This document shows positions 22,372-34,500 of a DNA stretch of 64,000 bases, one piece after another. This DNA comes from Macrostomum hystrix (lineage: Eukaryota; Animalia; Platyhelminthes): NCBI GenBank assembly GCA_950097015.1, contig CATNEN010000038.1, positions 27,342,001-27,406,000 on the forward strand, given 5' to 3'. The translations under genes were made by a program, and so were the position numbers. Below the pieces are notes generated by a model. It had not been told where the DNA came from. It made no database searches and saw only the letters and a list, made by a program, of their open reading frames with translations. The first letter of the stretch is position 1; each line of letters starts with the position of its first letter.

Positions 22372-25365
22372 ATGTTTTCAAAGCAGCCTGTCTTGTGGTT
22401 CTGTTGCTTTTGCTACTGGTGTTGTGTGCCAATCCAAGCTACAGCAGCCACTGCCGCCTCTCAGTTGTCCTGCGACTTTGATCAGCACCATGCTTGTGGC
22501 TATGTCATCCAAGGCTGGCTAATGGAAGCTGTTGAAAACACTGGCATATTATGCGTCATTCCCAGACGAAATGGCTACCTATTATTCACCTTCACTCAGA
22601 AGGCAGCAGTAGAGAGGCTTGATATTTGCCTAAAGTTTAATTACCGACAAACAGATGATAAGCAGGTCTGTTTTAATGGAAAGCCTAGGCTAACTATGGC
22701 ACTGGATGCCGCCGTTCATTGGTCACTTGAGACTACGAATAATGATTTTAAAATAGACAGCGATATTGGATGGACTAGATCGCAGGTAAGCTTTTTAGAT
22801 CTTCAGTTAAATTATGTTATCTTCCCAGATCGCCTGTTGAAGTCCCAGATCTTCATTTGAAGTCCTAAATTTATCTTCCAAGTGAAAGTCTCTTATCGTC
22901 CCAGATCCTCAGTTAAATTCTTCCCAGATCCTCAGTTAAATTCTTCCCAGATCCTCAGTTAAAGTCTTCCGAGATCCTAAGTTAAATTCATCCCAGATCC
23001 TCAGTTAAATTCCTCCAAGATCCTCAGTTAAATTCTTCCCAGATCCTCAGTTAAATTCCTCCAAGATCCTCAGTTAAATTCCTCCAAGATCCTCAGTTAA
23101 ATTCCTCCCAGATCCTCAGTTAAATTCCTCCAAGATCCTCAGTTAAATTCCTCCAAGATCCTCAGTTAAATTCTTCCCAGATCCTCAGTTAAATTCCTCC
23201 AAGATCCTCAGTTAAATTCTTCTCAGATCCTCAGTTAAATTCTTCCAAGATCCTCAGTTAAATTCTTCCCAGATCCTCAGTTAAATTCCTCCAAGATCCT
23301 CAGTTAAATTCTTCTCAGATCCTCAGTTAAATTCTTCCAAGATCCTCAGTTAAATTCTTCCCAGATCCTCAGTTAATGTCTTTCCAGATCCCAGATACCA
23401 TTGTCAAGTCTATCAGTCTTCTAGATGGTGCTTGCAATTTATGTCATTGGTGCTGCCAATGGGCTGAAAAAATGTTCTCCACATGTACAAAAATCCCTCC
23501 CAACAAGGTGTCTCTAAGCGTTCGTCGCAATCAGAGCCAACTTCGCATCAACGCATGCGGAGTCTGCCTAGACAATCTGACCGCCGTTGCCGATCGCTGC
23601 CCTGTGAACCCCGCGGATTTAAACTGGGGCCTTCGCCTAGTGGCTGTTGATCCGCTGCTCTGGTTGGCCCCATTCGCTGGTTTAGCCTTCATCTGTCTGG
23701 CTTCGGGTATCGCCCTGTCTTTGTCGCTTTCCCGACGTCGTCAGAATCGTCAGCGTCGGCAGGCCGGCCTGTGCTGCTACTGCTGCTGCTCAGCCGATGG
23801 AGAAGAGGCTGCAAGCAATGCCGACTGCGGCAGTAATAAATGCAGGCGTCAGCAGCAGCCTCTGCAGACTCCTAGAACTCCGCCTAGCATTCATCATCAT
23901 CGTCAGGATCTTCAACAGCAGCGTTCGCATCCGCACAGTTCGCAGTTATTATTGTTGTTGGGCGACACTGAAGCAGATAATCAAACTGCTGAGAATTCTA
24001 AAGTAGCTTTACGACTGTCTGCACATCAGCAGTTTGTTGAGGTGAGCTTCGAATTATTCTTGATCTAGCATAAATAAGGAATTAGAATTGCATCTCTTTG
24101 TAGGGATTAGTTTCGCTGAGTAAGGATTAGTATAGCTGGGTCAGATTCGGTGTCCTTTGGTCAGGATTAGTGTCCCTTGGAAAGGATTAGTGTCCCTTGG
24201 TCAGGATTAGTGTCCCTTGGTCAGGATTAGTGTCCCTTGGTCAGGATTAGTGTCCCTTGGTCAGGATTAGTGTCCCTTGGTCAGGATTAGTGTCCCTTGG
24301 AGAGGATTAGTGTCCCTTGGAGAGGATTAGTGTCCCTTGGTCAGGATTAGTGTCCTTTGATCAGGATTAGTGTCCCTTGGTTAGGATTAGTGCCGCTGGG
24401 TCAGGTTTAGTGTCCCTTGGTCAGGATTAGTGTCCCTTGGAGAGGATTAGTGTCACTGGGTCAGGATTAGTGTTCCTTGGTCAGGATTAGTGTCACTGGG
24501 TCAGGATTAGTGTCACTGGTCAGGATTAGTGTCCCTTGGTCAGGATTAGTGTCCCTTGGAGAGGATTACTGTCCCTTGGTTAGGATTAGTGCCGCTCGGT
24601 CAGGATTAGTGTCCCTTGGAGAGGACTAGTGTCCCTTGGTCAGGATTAGTGTCACTGGGTCAGGATTTGTGTCACTGGGTCAGGAACTCAGGATTAGTGC
24701 CGCTGGGTCAGGATTAGTGTCCCTTGGTCAGGATTAGTGTCGCTGTGTCTGGATTAACAATCACTGGGTCAGGATTAACGTTGCTGGGTCAGGATTTAGG
24801 CTATGTTAGGAGTAGTGTGGGGATTAGTGTACTTGGCCGTCTGCTACCAAAAATAATGTGCCGTGGCCATAATCCCCTGAAATAATATTGTTATTATGAT
24901 TGTGAGTTTAAAAGGATTAGTGTCGCCGGATTAACTGTCTAATCTCGCTTGTCACAGACCACATCGGCTGGATTATCCGCCGCTGCCCTACCGGAGACTT
25001 CCGCCTCGGCTTGCGGCAGCCGCGGCCACCGGCCCTTGAGCATTCCGGCCACGTGCACTTTTGTCATGTCGGCAGAGCGCTTCGGCGCCCCGACTCCCAC
25101 AACGACGCCAACGCCGCAGACTCCGTCATCCGCGCCGACCGCGGCACCTCAGCGTCAGCATTCGACCAGCCTGTCTCTGTCCTGCCCAGGACGCGATCTG
25201 GAATACTTTCGCGACCCCGACGCCAGCAGCGACAGCGACGGTGATGGCGCCGGCGGAGGCGGGGACGCCGCCTCCCGGTTGCTAGTCGCCTCCGACGCCT
25301 CCACCGGAGCGCCGACTGTGCCTCGACGGTTTAGCCCCACACTTTCTGGAGCTAATGTTGATTGA
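22372..25365 (+). CDS. Single-pass type I membrane protein with MAM-like ectodomain; exons 22372-22785, 23388-24041, 24958-25365; about 491 aa
   Basis: Hydrophobic N-terminus; SCDFDQHHACG...W resembles a MAM domain start; TM helix LLWLAPFAGLAFICLASGIALSLSL followed by RRR and a CCYCCC cluster; strong donors GTAAGC and GTGAGC, both introns phase 0. Confidence 0.65.
22797..23391. repeat. 23-bp minisatellite filling intron 1 of the MAM-like gene
   Basis: AGATCCTCAGTTAAATTCTTCCC units. Confidence 0.95.
24104..24797. repeat. 20-bp minisatellite in intron 2 of the MAM-like gene
   Basis: TCAGGATTAGTGTCCCTTGG units. Confidence 0.95.
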
Positions 25366-25427
25366 CAGCTTGATAGATATTTTAATTACAAGTTTAAATT
25401 TTGAGATCTCTGACCAAAAACCCAGAA

Positions 25428-25910
25428 ATCCCAGTCTCAAACATCCACACTCCCCAGTCTCAAACATCCACAATCCCCAGTCTCAAATATCCACAATCCC
25501 CAGTCTCAAACATCCACAATCCCCAGTCTCAAACATCTACAATCCCCAATCTCAAACATCCACAATCCCCAGTCTCAAATATCCACAATCCCCAGTCTCA
25601 AACATCCACACTCCCCAGTCTCAAACATCCACAATCCCCAGTCTCAAATATCCACAATCCCCAGTCTCAAACATCCACAATCCCCAGTCTCAAACATCCA
25701 CAATCCCCAGTCTCAAACATCCACAATTCCCAGTCTCAAACATCCACAATCCCAAGTCTCAAACATCCACAATCCCAAGTCTCAAACATCCACAATCCCC
25801 AGTCTCAAACATCCACAATCCCCAGTCTCAAACATCCACAATCCCCAGTCTCAAACATCCACAATCCCCAGTCTCAAACATCCACAATCCCCAGTCTCAA
25901 ACATCTACAC
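25428..25910. repeat. 23-bp minisatellite just 3' of the MAM-like stop codon
   Basis: CAGTCTCAAACATCCACAATCCC units. Confidence 0.95.
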
Positions 25911-26442
25911 CCGTAGATAAATTTCAGGTTTTGTAATTTCATTGTTTTGTAATCTCGATTGCAAATTTGAAAAAGTAAAGACTAACAATATTTTAGTCTG
26001 TTAATGTCATTGCAATAATTCTAGTTTTGTATGTTTTTTTCAAATTTTTCAGGTAATTAACATTGTTTAGCAAATATTCTTACTTTCAAGATGCAACGAA
26101 ATGATTGTTAGCACTGTATGTTATTTCGTTTGTCTAGTTAGTTTTCCTTATTAACTTTTTATACTATATTTATGTGATCGTAGTAGATTTAGCTGGCATT
26201 GTCCTTTAGCAAACAATATCGCAGAGCTTCACTGTAATGTTTCTTTCCAATTAGCTAGCTATATATGTACACCTAGGTACACCTAGGTTGTCTCTATTCC
26301 CTAATCCTCTATCCTGTCATTTCCCTAGTGTAAAGCAATAATAACTGTGCATGTTCTTTTGCGTTTTCGTCATGCATATATCTATATATGGCATCAGCCA
26401 GACGCTATGCATAAAGTCCATGGTTTTTTTGCAAAATAAAGT

Positions 26443-26810
26443 GCATAGACAATAGGAAAAGACACGGGTTCCGGATTCTTAAATTGAATCTGCTGTTTAA
26501 GTCTAAAAATGCCATAGACAATAGGAAAAGACACGGGTTCCGGATTCTTAAATTGAATCTGCTGTTTAAGTCTAAAAATGCCATAGACAATAGGAAAAGA
26601 CATGATTTTCGGATTCTTAAATTGAACTCAGTTTAAGTCCAAAAATGCCATAGACAATAGGAAAAGACACGGGTTCCGGATTCTTAAGTTGAATCTGCTG
26701 TTTAAGTCTAAAAATGCCATAGACAATAGGAAAAGACACGGGTTCCGGATTCTTAAGTTGAATCTGCTGTTTAAGTCTAAAAATGCCATAGACAATACAA
26801 AAGACACGAT
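26443..26810. repeat. 69-bp tandem repeat, about 5 copies
   Basis: TAGACAATAGGAAAAGACACGGGTTCCGGATTCTTAA... recurs at 26446, 26515, 26584. Confidence 0.9.
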
Positions 26811-28039
26811 TTTGAATTATTAGCGATTAGCCATAGAAAAATAAAGGAATTTAAAAGTTTCATGTAAATTGTTTATTTTACCATGTTGTACACAAACAAT
26901 GGTTTTTCATTTCGCTCTCTCTCCACTTCATTTAATTCCAGGTTTAATCTTCCCTTTTTGCTTTTAGAAGGATCTAAATATTGAATTAGTTTCTGCACCT
27001 TTCATTGCTTTTTAATTGCACAGATTTTAAATTGTTGTTATTAATTAGATTCTTAATGTTTGTTCTATTTTGTAAGTTTTTCTTTAGCAATCATAGATTA
27101 TCTATTCTCTCACTAACCTTGTAGTATGTGATAGACAAGATGAAAAGCTTTTTTTGGCATTTTGTTGCTGTCAATACTTGCTAGATATATTGATTGTTTC
27201 AAACATTCATCCTGTTTCTGATAGATTTCACAGAATTGTGCTTGGCTTTTTATTTTCCGTGTCAGATACGTTAACACAGAACACAGAACTTGCTTAATAA
27301 TAGTTGCTATCTCAATTACCTACTAATATCTGTCTTTCCTTTTAGCTTCGTCTGTTGTTATTGTTAGTTTTTTAACCTTCGGAAATCTGAGCATATACTT
27401 TCTTTTTGTACTGTCTGCGAAACTTTCTCTATTAATTTAATTTCAGTTTTTCTATCTTGCCTAAAATTTATTGTTGCAATGTTTGCTTTTAAAGAATCAA
27501 TTTATCAAGTCAGGAAATAGTTTGCCTATTGAGCATAATTTATCAAATGTTTATGAAAATCGATTATGAATACTCATACAACACTTTTAATGACATAAAG
27601 AATCTAGTTGTTACTTTTTCCTAAATCAGTTTTGTTTGAATTTGCTTATTTATATGTATCAGTTACTAGCTGGATCTTTTACAGTTTTGTATGCAGTGTA
27701 TTATCTTAATATTTTATTGCTGTCTGATATTAGTCACCATATTAGATATTAGTAGAAGTACTCGGCATGATTCTGTGTAATAAATTTCACTTTTTTAGCT
27801 GTTCAACACTAATTGTTTTGACGAATACAGTAGGCGTATCATATCAAAAAGGCGTGTTAAATGCTTCGTGATAATAGAATTGTTTTGTTAATCTTTGCAC
27901 GCATGAAAGCCATTATTGGACACTGAATAAATATATTTCAAATCTTCTTTTTCATACTCGTTTTTTATTACTTTACTAATTTGTGTTTTACTTTTTCAAC
28001 ATTTCTGCTTGAAGATGTGTTCTATCCTTAACTTCCCTA

Positions 28040-28390
28040 TGGGATTTAAAACTAGATTTACGGGATTTCAAAGTAGATTAATAGAATTTCTAACTTAGAT
28101 TAGAAATATTTTTTCAAATTAGATTAACGTGATTTAGAAGTTTAGAAGTTGATTAAAAATATTTCAAACTAGATTAACCGGATTTGCAAAATATATTAAC
28201 CGGATTTTAAACTGGATTAATGGGATTTCAAAGTAGATTTACGGGATTTCAAAGTAGATAAAAATAATTTCTAACTAGATTAGAAAGATTTTAAACTCGG
28301 TTCACAGAATTTATTTCAAACTGTATTGACTGGATTTTAAACTTGATTAGAAATATTTCAAACTAGATCGACGGTATTTTGAAACTAATC
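28040..28390. repeat. Old degenerate 21-22-bp minisatellite upstream of p190RhoGAP
   Basis: Recurrent GGATTTCAAA(C/G)TAGATTAA. Confidence 0.7.
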
Positions 28391-28562
28391 ACATTTTAGA
28401 TATTTCAAATCACAACAAACGTGATTGATTTTGATTTCTGTCTTGCAGGCATCGCAGATGGCGATTAGACTATCGCCTTAGGATCTACGCATGCGTTGTC
28501 AGCTCAACCAACTCAATTGAGTACCAATTGTTTCATCTAGTTGCTAGGTATTCTTTGTTGCA

Positions 28563-31500
28563 ATGCTGAAAAGTGTGAGCGGAGGTGGCGGCGGACCCAG
28601 CACCGTCAGCTGCATCAGCGTCATCGGTATGTCAGCCAAAACTCTGCCGGAGGATCAGAAAGTCAACGGTGTCGGCAAGTCATGCTTGTGCAATCGATTT
28701 GTAAGGCCCAGTCAAGATGATTTCCGAATGCAGCATATTTCTACGGTGCACGAAGCCGACTTCTCTGGCCAGGTGAAACTATTTGGTTGCTGTGTGAGCG
28801 ATTCAAAGTGATTGATAGATAACAGGTGTGTACATTTGCCCTGAATTTCTCGTCGTCAGGCAGTGTACACTCTCACTGTGCATTGGCGGTTGGCCCTTAG
28901 GGGCATAAATTGCACGCCAAGCCCCAAAGCCTTCTCTCCGCGGCTGCGCCCCAAATGAATGTGGCCTCGCCGCCATACCTTAAGAATCTAGAATGCTCAA
29001 ATGTTCTGATTTTAAGAATTAACGAAGAAAAATCTAGATGCTATATAGTTGTTAACTGGGATAAAAAAGTACGGACTTATCAACTGAACCCGATCGCGCA
29101 CCTGTGCAGGTGTTGCGCAACAGCCACTGGCTCTACTGGGGCTGCGTCGAGCGTCGTTCCGGCCGCCTCTGTCACGTTGTTGAACAAACCGAATTCGTCA
29201 ATGACAAAGATTTGCGCCCATTTCCTGCTAGCGAGCCGTACTATGTTCGCTGCTCGGCTACTAAACTATACGCCTCACAAAAACTAGCCTGGGTGTGCTC
29301 TGATCAGTTGGGATTTGAAAATGATTATCCCAAACAGCGGGCGCCGGATGGTTCGCTGCTAGTTGGCGGATTTCTAGTGTGTGTGGATCTGTCGCAGGAT
29401 TTAGACAGACAAATTCAGTTCCTACAGGTATGGATAGTTTTGATTGAGCCATTAAGTTAAAATATTTGAAATTTGAAAACTGCATTCGTAAATACGGTCG
29501 GACCATAGGCGAGAAGTCCTGCAAGAAAATTGAACTAGAAAAATGCGATAATAATTGCCATTGTATCATTGTTTGTGAGTGATATAGGGCCTATTTGCAT
29601 GTCTGTTTTGCTAAATAACTGCCTATAACTTTACTGTCTATGGGTAAGAGGTCTTGAGAGTTATTATTTATTTTAGTGCACTAACTAAAAATATAGGTCA
29701 TTATCTCCTACGTTTTTGTGAAGCCTCAATGCTTGGAACAAATCGGCGCTTTAGTATTAGCGACTAGCTAATCATACCCCCATCGACCTTACTTGATCTA
29801 TGCGTAGCACAAAGTAATTAACATTATTTGACTATTTTTAATTTGGAGTTCACAATCAAACCCCACTACTTATAGCTCTATAAGTAATATAAAACTACGA
29901 TGCATCCAAAATTCTTTTGCGCAGGAAGTGGCGCTTGTATTACAGAAGACCAAGCGGCCCGCCCTGCTGGTAGCTACCAAAGTAGACAGCTGCCTACCGC
30001 AACAGACATCTAGTAATGCTGATTTGACTGCGTCGGCAATGTCGGCTGCCTACGCAAAAAAGTTAGACATCCTCCGTAAAGAATGCCGCCAATTTCGATG
30101 CTTTGTCGGCGGCGGAAGCGGCGGCGGAAGCAGCGCCAGCGGTGGTAGCGTCGGTGGCGGCGGCACCGCAAGCGCGGGCGGTGGCAGCAGTGGCGGACCT
30201 TACATTGTGGAGACTTCGGCTGCTCTGAATATTAATATTGATGAAGCTTTTCAGTGAGTGGAAGTTCTTGTGTATTTATTTGGCCGTTTGATAGATTGGG
30301 GTTGAAAATACATTCAGTTAGATAAGAGTATAGCCCTAATTAAGTTGAAGGAGATGAAGAGCCAGGTGCAAAGTCACAGCTATTACGTGGCGCTGGGTGA
30401 CTAGGGAATCTAGTGTCTTCCTTAGGGACACAAATTGTTTCCTTAAGTCAAACAATTTGATCAGAGTCTCAGAGGCTTACTAAACTGACCCCAACTGTTG
30501 CCACCCGCTCAGATACCTGTTGGCATTGATCGAAAAGGACAAATCGCGAATGGTGAAGCCGGGCTCGTTCGCCGACGCGTTTGTTGCCAGGCGAGCCCAG
30601 TGCGAATCGGCCACCTGGGCTTATCACCGCCTGCTGCAGAGTACAATGAAGCGTCAACTGCTGTTTCAGTCGTTCAGTACTTGGCAGTCTAGTCATGCTA
30701 GTTGTCCGGAATTTCTGCGGCTAATTGAACTGCAGGTTAGAGAAATCTGCTATTGGAATTTGGGAGTTGTGACGATAATCTGAGTCTAATTGGGACAGGT
30801 GAGGATTATCTGAGTCTAATTGGGACAGGTGAGGATTATCTGAGTCTAATTGGGGCAGGTGATGATTATCTGAGTCTAATTGGGGCAGGTGAGGATTATC
30901 TGAGTCTAATTGGGGCAGGTAAGGATTATCTGAGTCTAATTGGGGCAGGTGAGGATTATCTGAATCTAATTGGGACAGGTAAGGATTATCTGAGTCTAAT
31001 TGGGGCAGGTAAGGATTATCTGAGTCTAATTGGGACAGGTGAGGATAATCTGAGTCTAATTGGGGCAGGTGAGGATTATCTGAGTCTAATTGGGGCAGGT
31101 AAGGATTATCTGAGTCTAATTGGACAGGTGAGGATAATCTGAGTCTAATTGGGGCAGGTGAGGATTATCTGAGTCTAATTGGGGCAGGTAAGGATTATCT
31201 GAGTCTAATTGGGGCAGGTGAGGATTATCTGAGTCTAATTGGGGCAGGTAAGGATTGTCTGAGTCTAATTGGGGCAGGTAAGGATTATCTGAGTCTAATT
31301 GGGACAGGTGAGGATAATCTGAGTCTAATTGGGGCAGGTGAGGATTATCTGAGTCTAATTGGGGCAGGTAAGGATTATCTGAGTCTAATTGGGACAGGTG
31401 AGGATAATCTGAGTCCAATTGGGGCAGGTGAGGATTATCTGAGTCTAATTGGGGCAGGTGAGGATTATCTGAGTCTAATTGGGGCAGGTGAGGATTATCT

Positions 31501-34500
31501 GAGTCTAATTGGGGCAGGTGATGATTATCTGAGTCTAATTGGGGCATGTGAGGATTATCTGAGTCTAATTGGGGCAGGTAAGGATTATCTGAGTCTAATT
31601 GGGGCAGGTAAGGATTATCTGAGTCTAATTGGGGCAGGTGAGGATTATCTGAGTCTAATTGGGGCAGGTAAGGATTATCTGAGTCTAATTGGGGCAGGTG
31701 ATGATTATCTGAGTCTAATTGGGGCAGGTGAGGATTATCTGAGTCTAATTGGGGCTGGTGAGGATTATCTGAGTCTAATTGGGGCATGTGAGGATTATCT
31801 GAGTCTAATTGGGACAGGTGAGGATTATCTGAGTCTAATTGGGGCTGGTGAGGATTATCTGAGTCTAATTGGGGCAGGTGATGATTATCTGAGTCTAATT
31901 GGGACAGGTGAGGATTATCTGAGTCTAATTGGGGCAGGTGAGTATTATCTGAGTCTAATTGGGGCAGGTGAGGATTATCTGAGTCTAATTGGGGCAGGTG
32001 ATGATTATCTGAGTCTAATTGGGGCAGGTGAGGATTATCTGAGTCTAATTGGGGCAGGTGATGATTATCTGAGTCTAATTGGGGCAGGTGATGATTATCT
32101 GAGTCTAATTGGGGCAGGTGAGGATTATCTGAGTCTAATTGGGGCAGGTGAGGATTATCTGAGTCTAATTGGGGCAGGTGATGATTATCTGAGTCTAATT
32201 GGGGCATGTGAGGATTATCTGAGTCTAATTGGGGCAGGTAAGGATTATCTGAGTCTAATTGGGACAGGTGAGGATAATCTGAGTCCAATTGGGGCAGGTG
32301 AGGATTATCTGAGTCTAATTGGGGCAGGTGAGGATTATCTGAGTCTAATTGGGGCAGGTGATGATTATCTGAGTCTAATTGGGGCAGGTGAGGATTATCT
32401 GAGTCTAATTGGGGCAGGTGATGATTATCTGAGTCTAATTGGGGCAGGTGATGATTATCTGAGTCTAATTGGGGCAGGTGAGGATTATCTGAGTCTAATT
32501 GGGGCAGGTGAGGATTATCTGAGTCTAATTGGGGCAGGTGATGATTATCTGAGTCTAATTGGGGCATGTGAGGATTATCTGAGTCTAATTGGGGCAGGTG
32601 AGGATTATCTGAGTCTAATTGGGGCAGGTGAGGATTATCTGAGTCTAATTGGGGCAGGTGAGGATTATCTGAGTCTAATTGGGGCAGGTGAGGATTATCC
32701 TGCTTTAATTAAGACACGAGGATTATCCTAGTCCATCTGGGACAGATGTCCTACAAATCAGATCCTCATTCGCCCAGGGCTCACCTCGCGCCCGCGAGGA
32801 GTTCGATCGCCATCTGCACGTCCTGCGTCGCGAGGCCCTATCCGATCGGCGTTCAGCCATCGAGAGAACTCTGAGAATATTTTTTGAACGCGTTGTACCA
32901 GACTGTTCGGCTGCTCAAAGATTGGCCGCAATGTCCTGGACAGCCGCGGTGGCTGATATGACTTCGACGGCGGCCGGAGATCCGGATGCGGCCAGCTGCC
33001 TGGTTGACACGGGCCAGATTGCCTGGCATCAGTGTGTGGCCTACCTAAACTCTCCAGAGGATGCCAGAGTGCCGTTGGACTACTTGGGTGACGAGATCGC
33101 TTCTAGGCCGGTGTTTGAGAAGCACACAGACAGGCTAAAGGCACAACAGCGAACTGCGGAACTGCGGACTTATCTACTGCTGGCCATGAAAGCTTCGAGA
33201 GCCGTTCGCTGGGGCACGCCGCTGGATGAGGTGGTCAACGGCGAGCTGGTGCCAGGCTGGGATGAGCTGACTGCTCAGCTGGGCCCAGCCGATGTGGCCA
33301 AGGCCTACGCGGATGCTCAGGTTTGTCAGACCGCTGTACACTTTCAGGCGATCCTCTAGAGGATTGGATTAGTTAACTATGGGAACACCCAGGGAGTATG
33401 AGTGGCAGAGCGGTTAACGCGTTTGTCTCTTGAACCAAGGTCGCTGAGCTCGATTCCACGGCGAGGCCACATTTATTTTGGGCGCAGCCGCGGAGAAAAT
33501 GCTTGGGGCTTGTCATACAATTTACTACCTTGAGGGCCAACCTCCAAGGCACAGTGAGAGTGTACACTGCCTGGCAATGAGAAAGTCAGGGCAGATGTAC
33601 ACAACTGTGTGCTCAGGAGTCAGCGAAATTGACAGTATTGCCTCCTCGCTGGCTGCGGGTCTAGTGTCTAGATCGATCGTCCATATTTTTTTAAGAATAA
33701 GTTATTTTTAAGTAGTTCATTAGTTTCTAATATACGTCAATTTTAGGAAACCCCTTAGTTTCTTAGATAGGTCAGTTTTAGGAAATCGTACTATAGACTC
33801 AACGAGTGGCATTTGAGAATTTTAGGAAATCCCTAAGTTTCTAGGATTACTGAATTTTAGAAAATCCCATAGATTCTACTATTTAAGAAAGAATTTCAGA
33901 AAATCCCATAGATTCTAATATTTGTTTTAGGGAAATGTACTAGCATCTAGGAGAAGTCGATTTTCGGAATTCCATAGATTTTTGGAATTAACTACCGCAC
34001 TACTTATCTGCCTACTCATAGTAGAAATATAAGCAAATATAGTCCATTGGATTCTCGAAATGCCTATAGGCTTCTCTGGAACGCCGCGCCCTGGCCGATC
34101 TAAACGAGGCCCTGATGGAACTGTCCGGCTATTTCTATCGGCCGCAAACTGGCCGAGACACCCTGGCCGAGATGGCCAATCAGGCTTGGCTAACCATGTC
34201 CAAACGACTCGATAGTCAACGATTCGCCAATCTGTTAGACCAGCGAGAGCGTTTAAACGACGCCCTGCTGCGCCACCTGCAGTTCGTTCGCGGCGGCTCA
34301 GACGCTGCTGCTTGCTTTTACGCATCGGCCTGCGTTGATCGCCTGGTGCCAGACGTTCTTAATAACTGCGTCGGCGATTTCGCTAAGAATTCGACTGCAA
34401 CAGCTGCGAGTTGCGAGGCTGAGTCGCCTATTCTACTACTTAGCACGGAGCAACTGACTCAGAGATTCAAGCAGAGTTGCCGCAGTCTCTGCCAGACTCA

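Noticed and set aside
30753-32567. (PQLDSDNPHL)n 483-aa ORF and its opposite-strand ORF
   Set aside because: Intronic 30-bp array of p190RhoGAP.
33399-33470. tRNA gene, also B-box hits near 8280, 17017 and 58412
   Set aside because: A/B boxes present but no complete cloverleaf; they are SINE heads or degenerate remnants.
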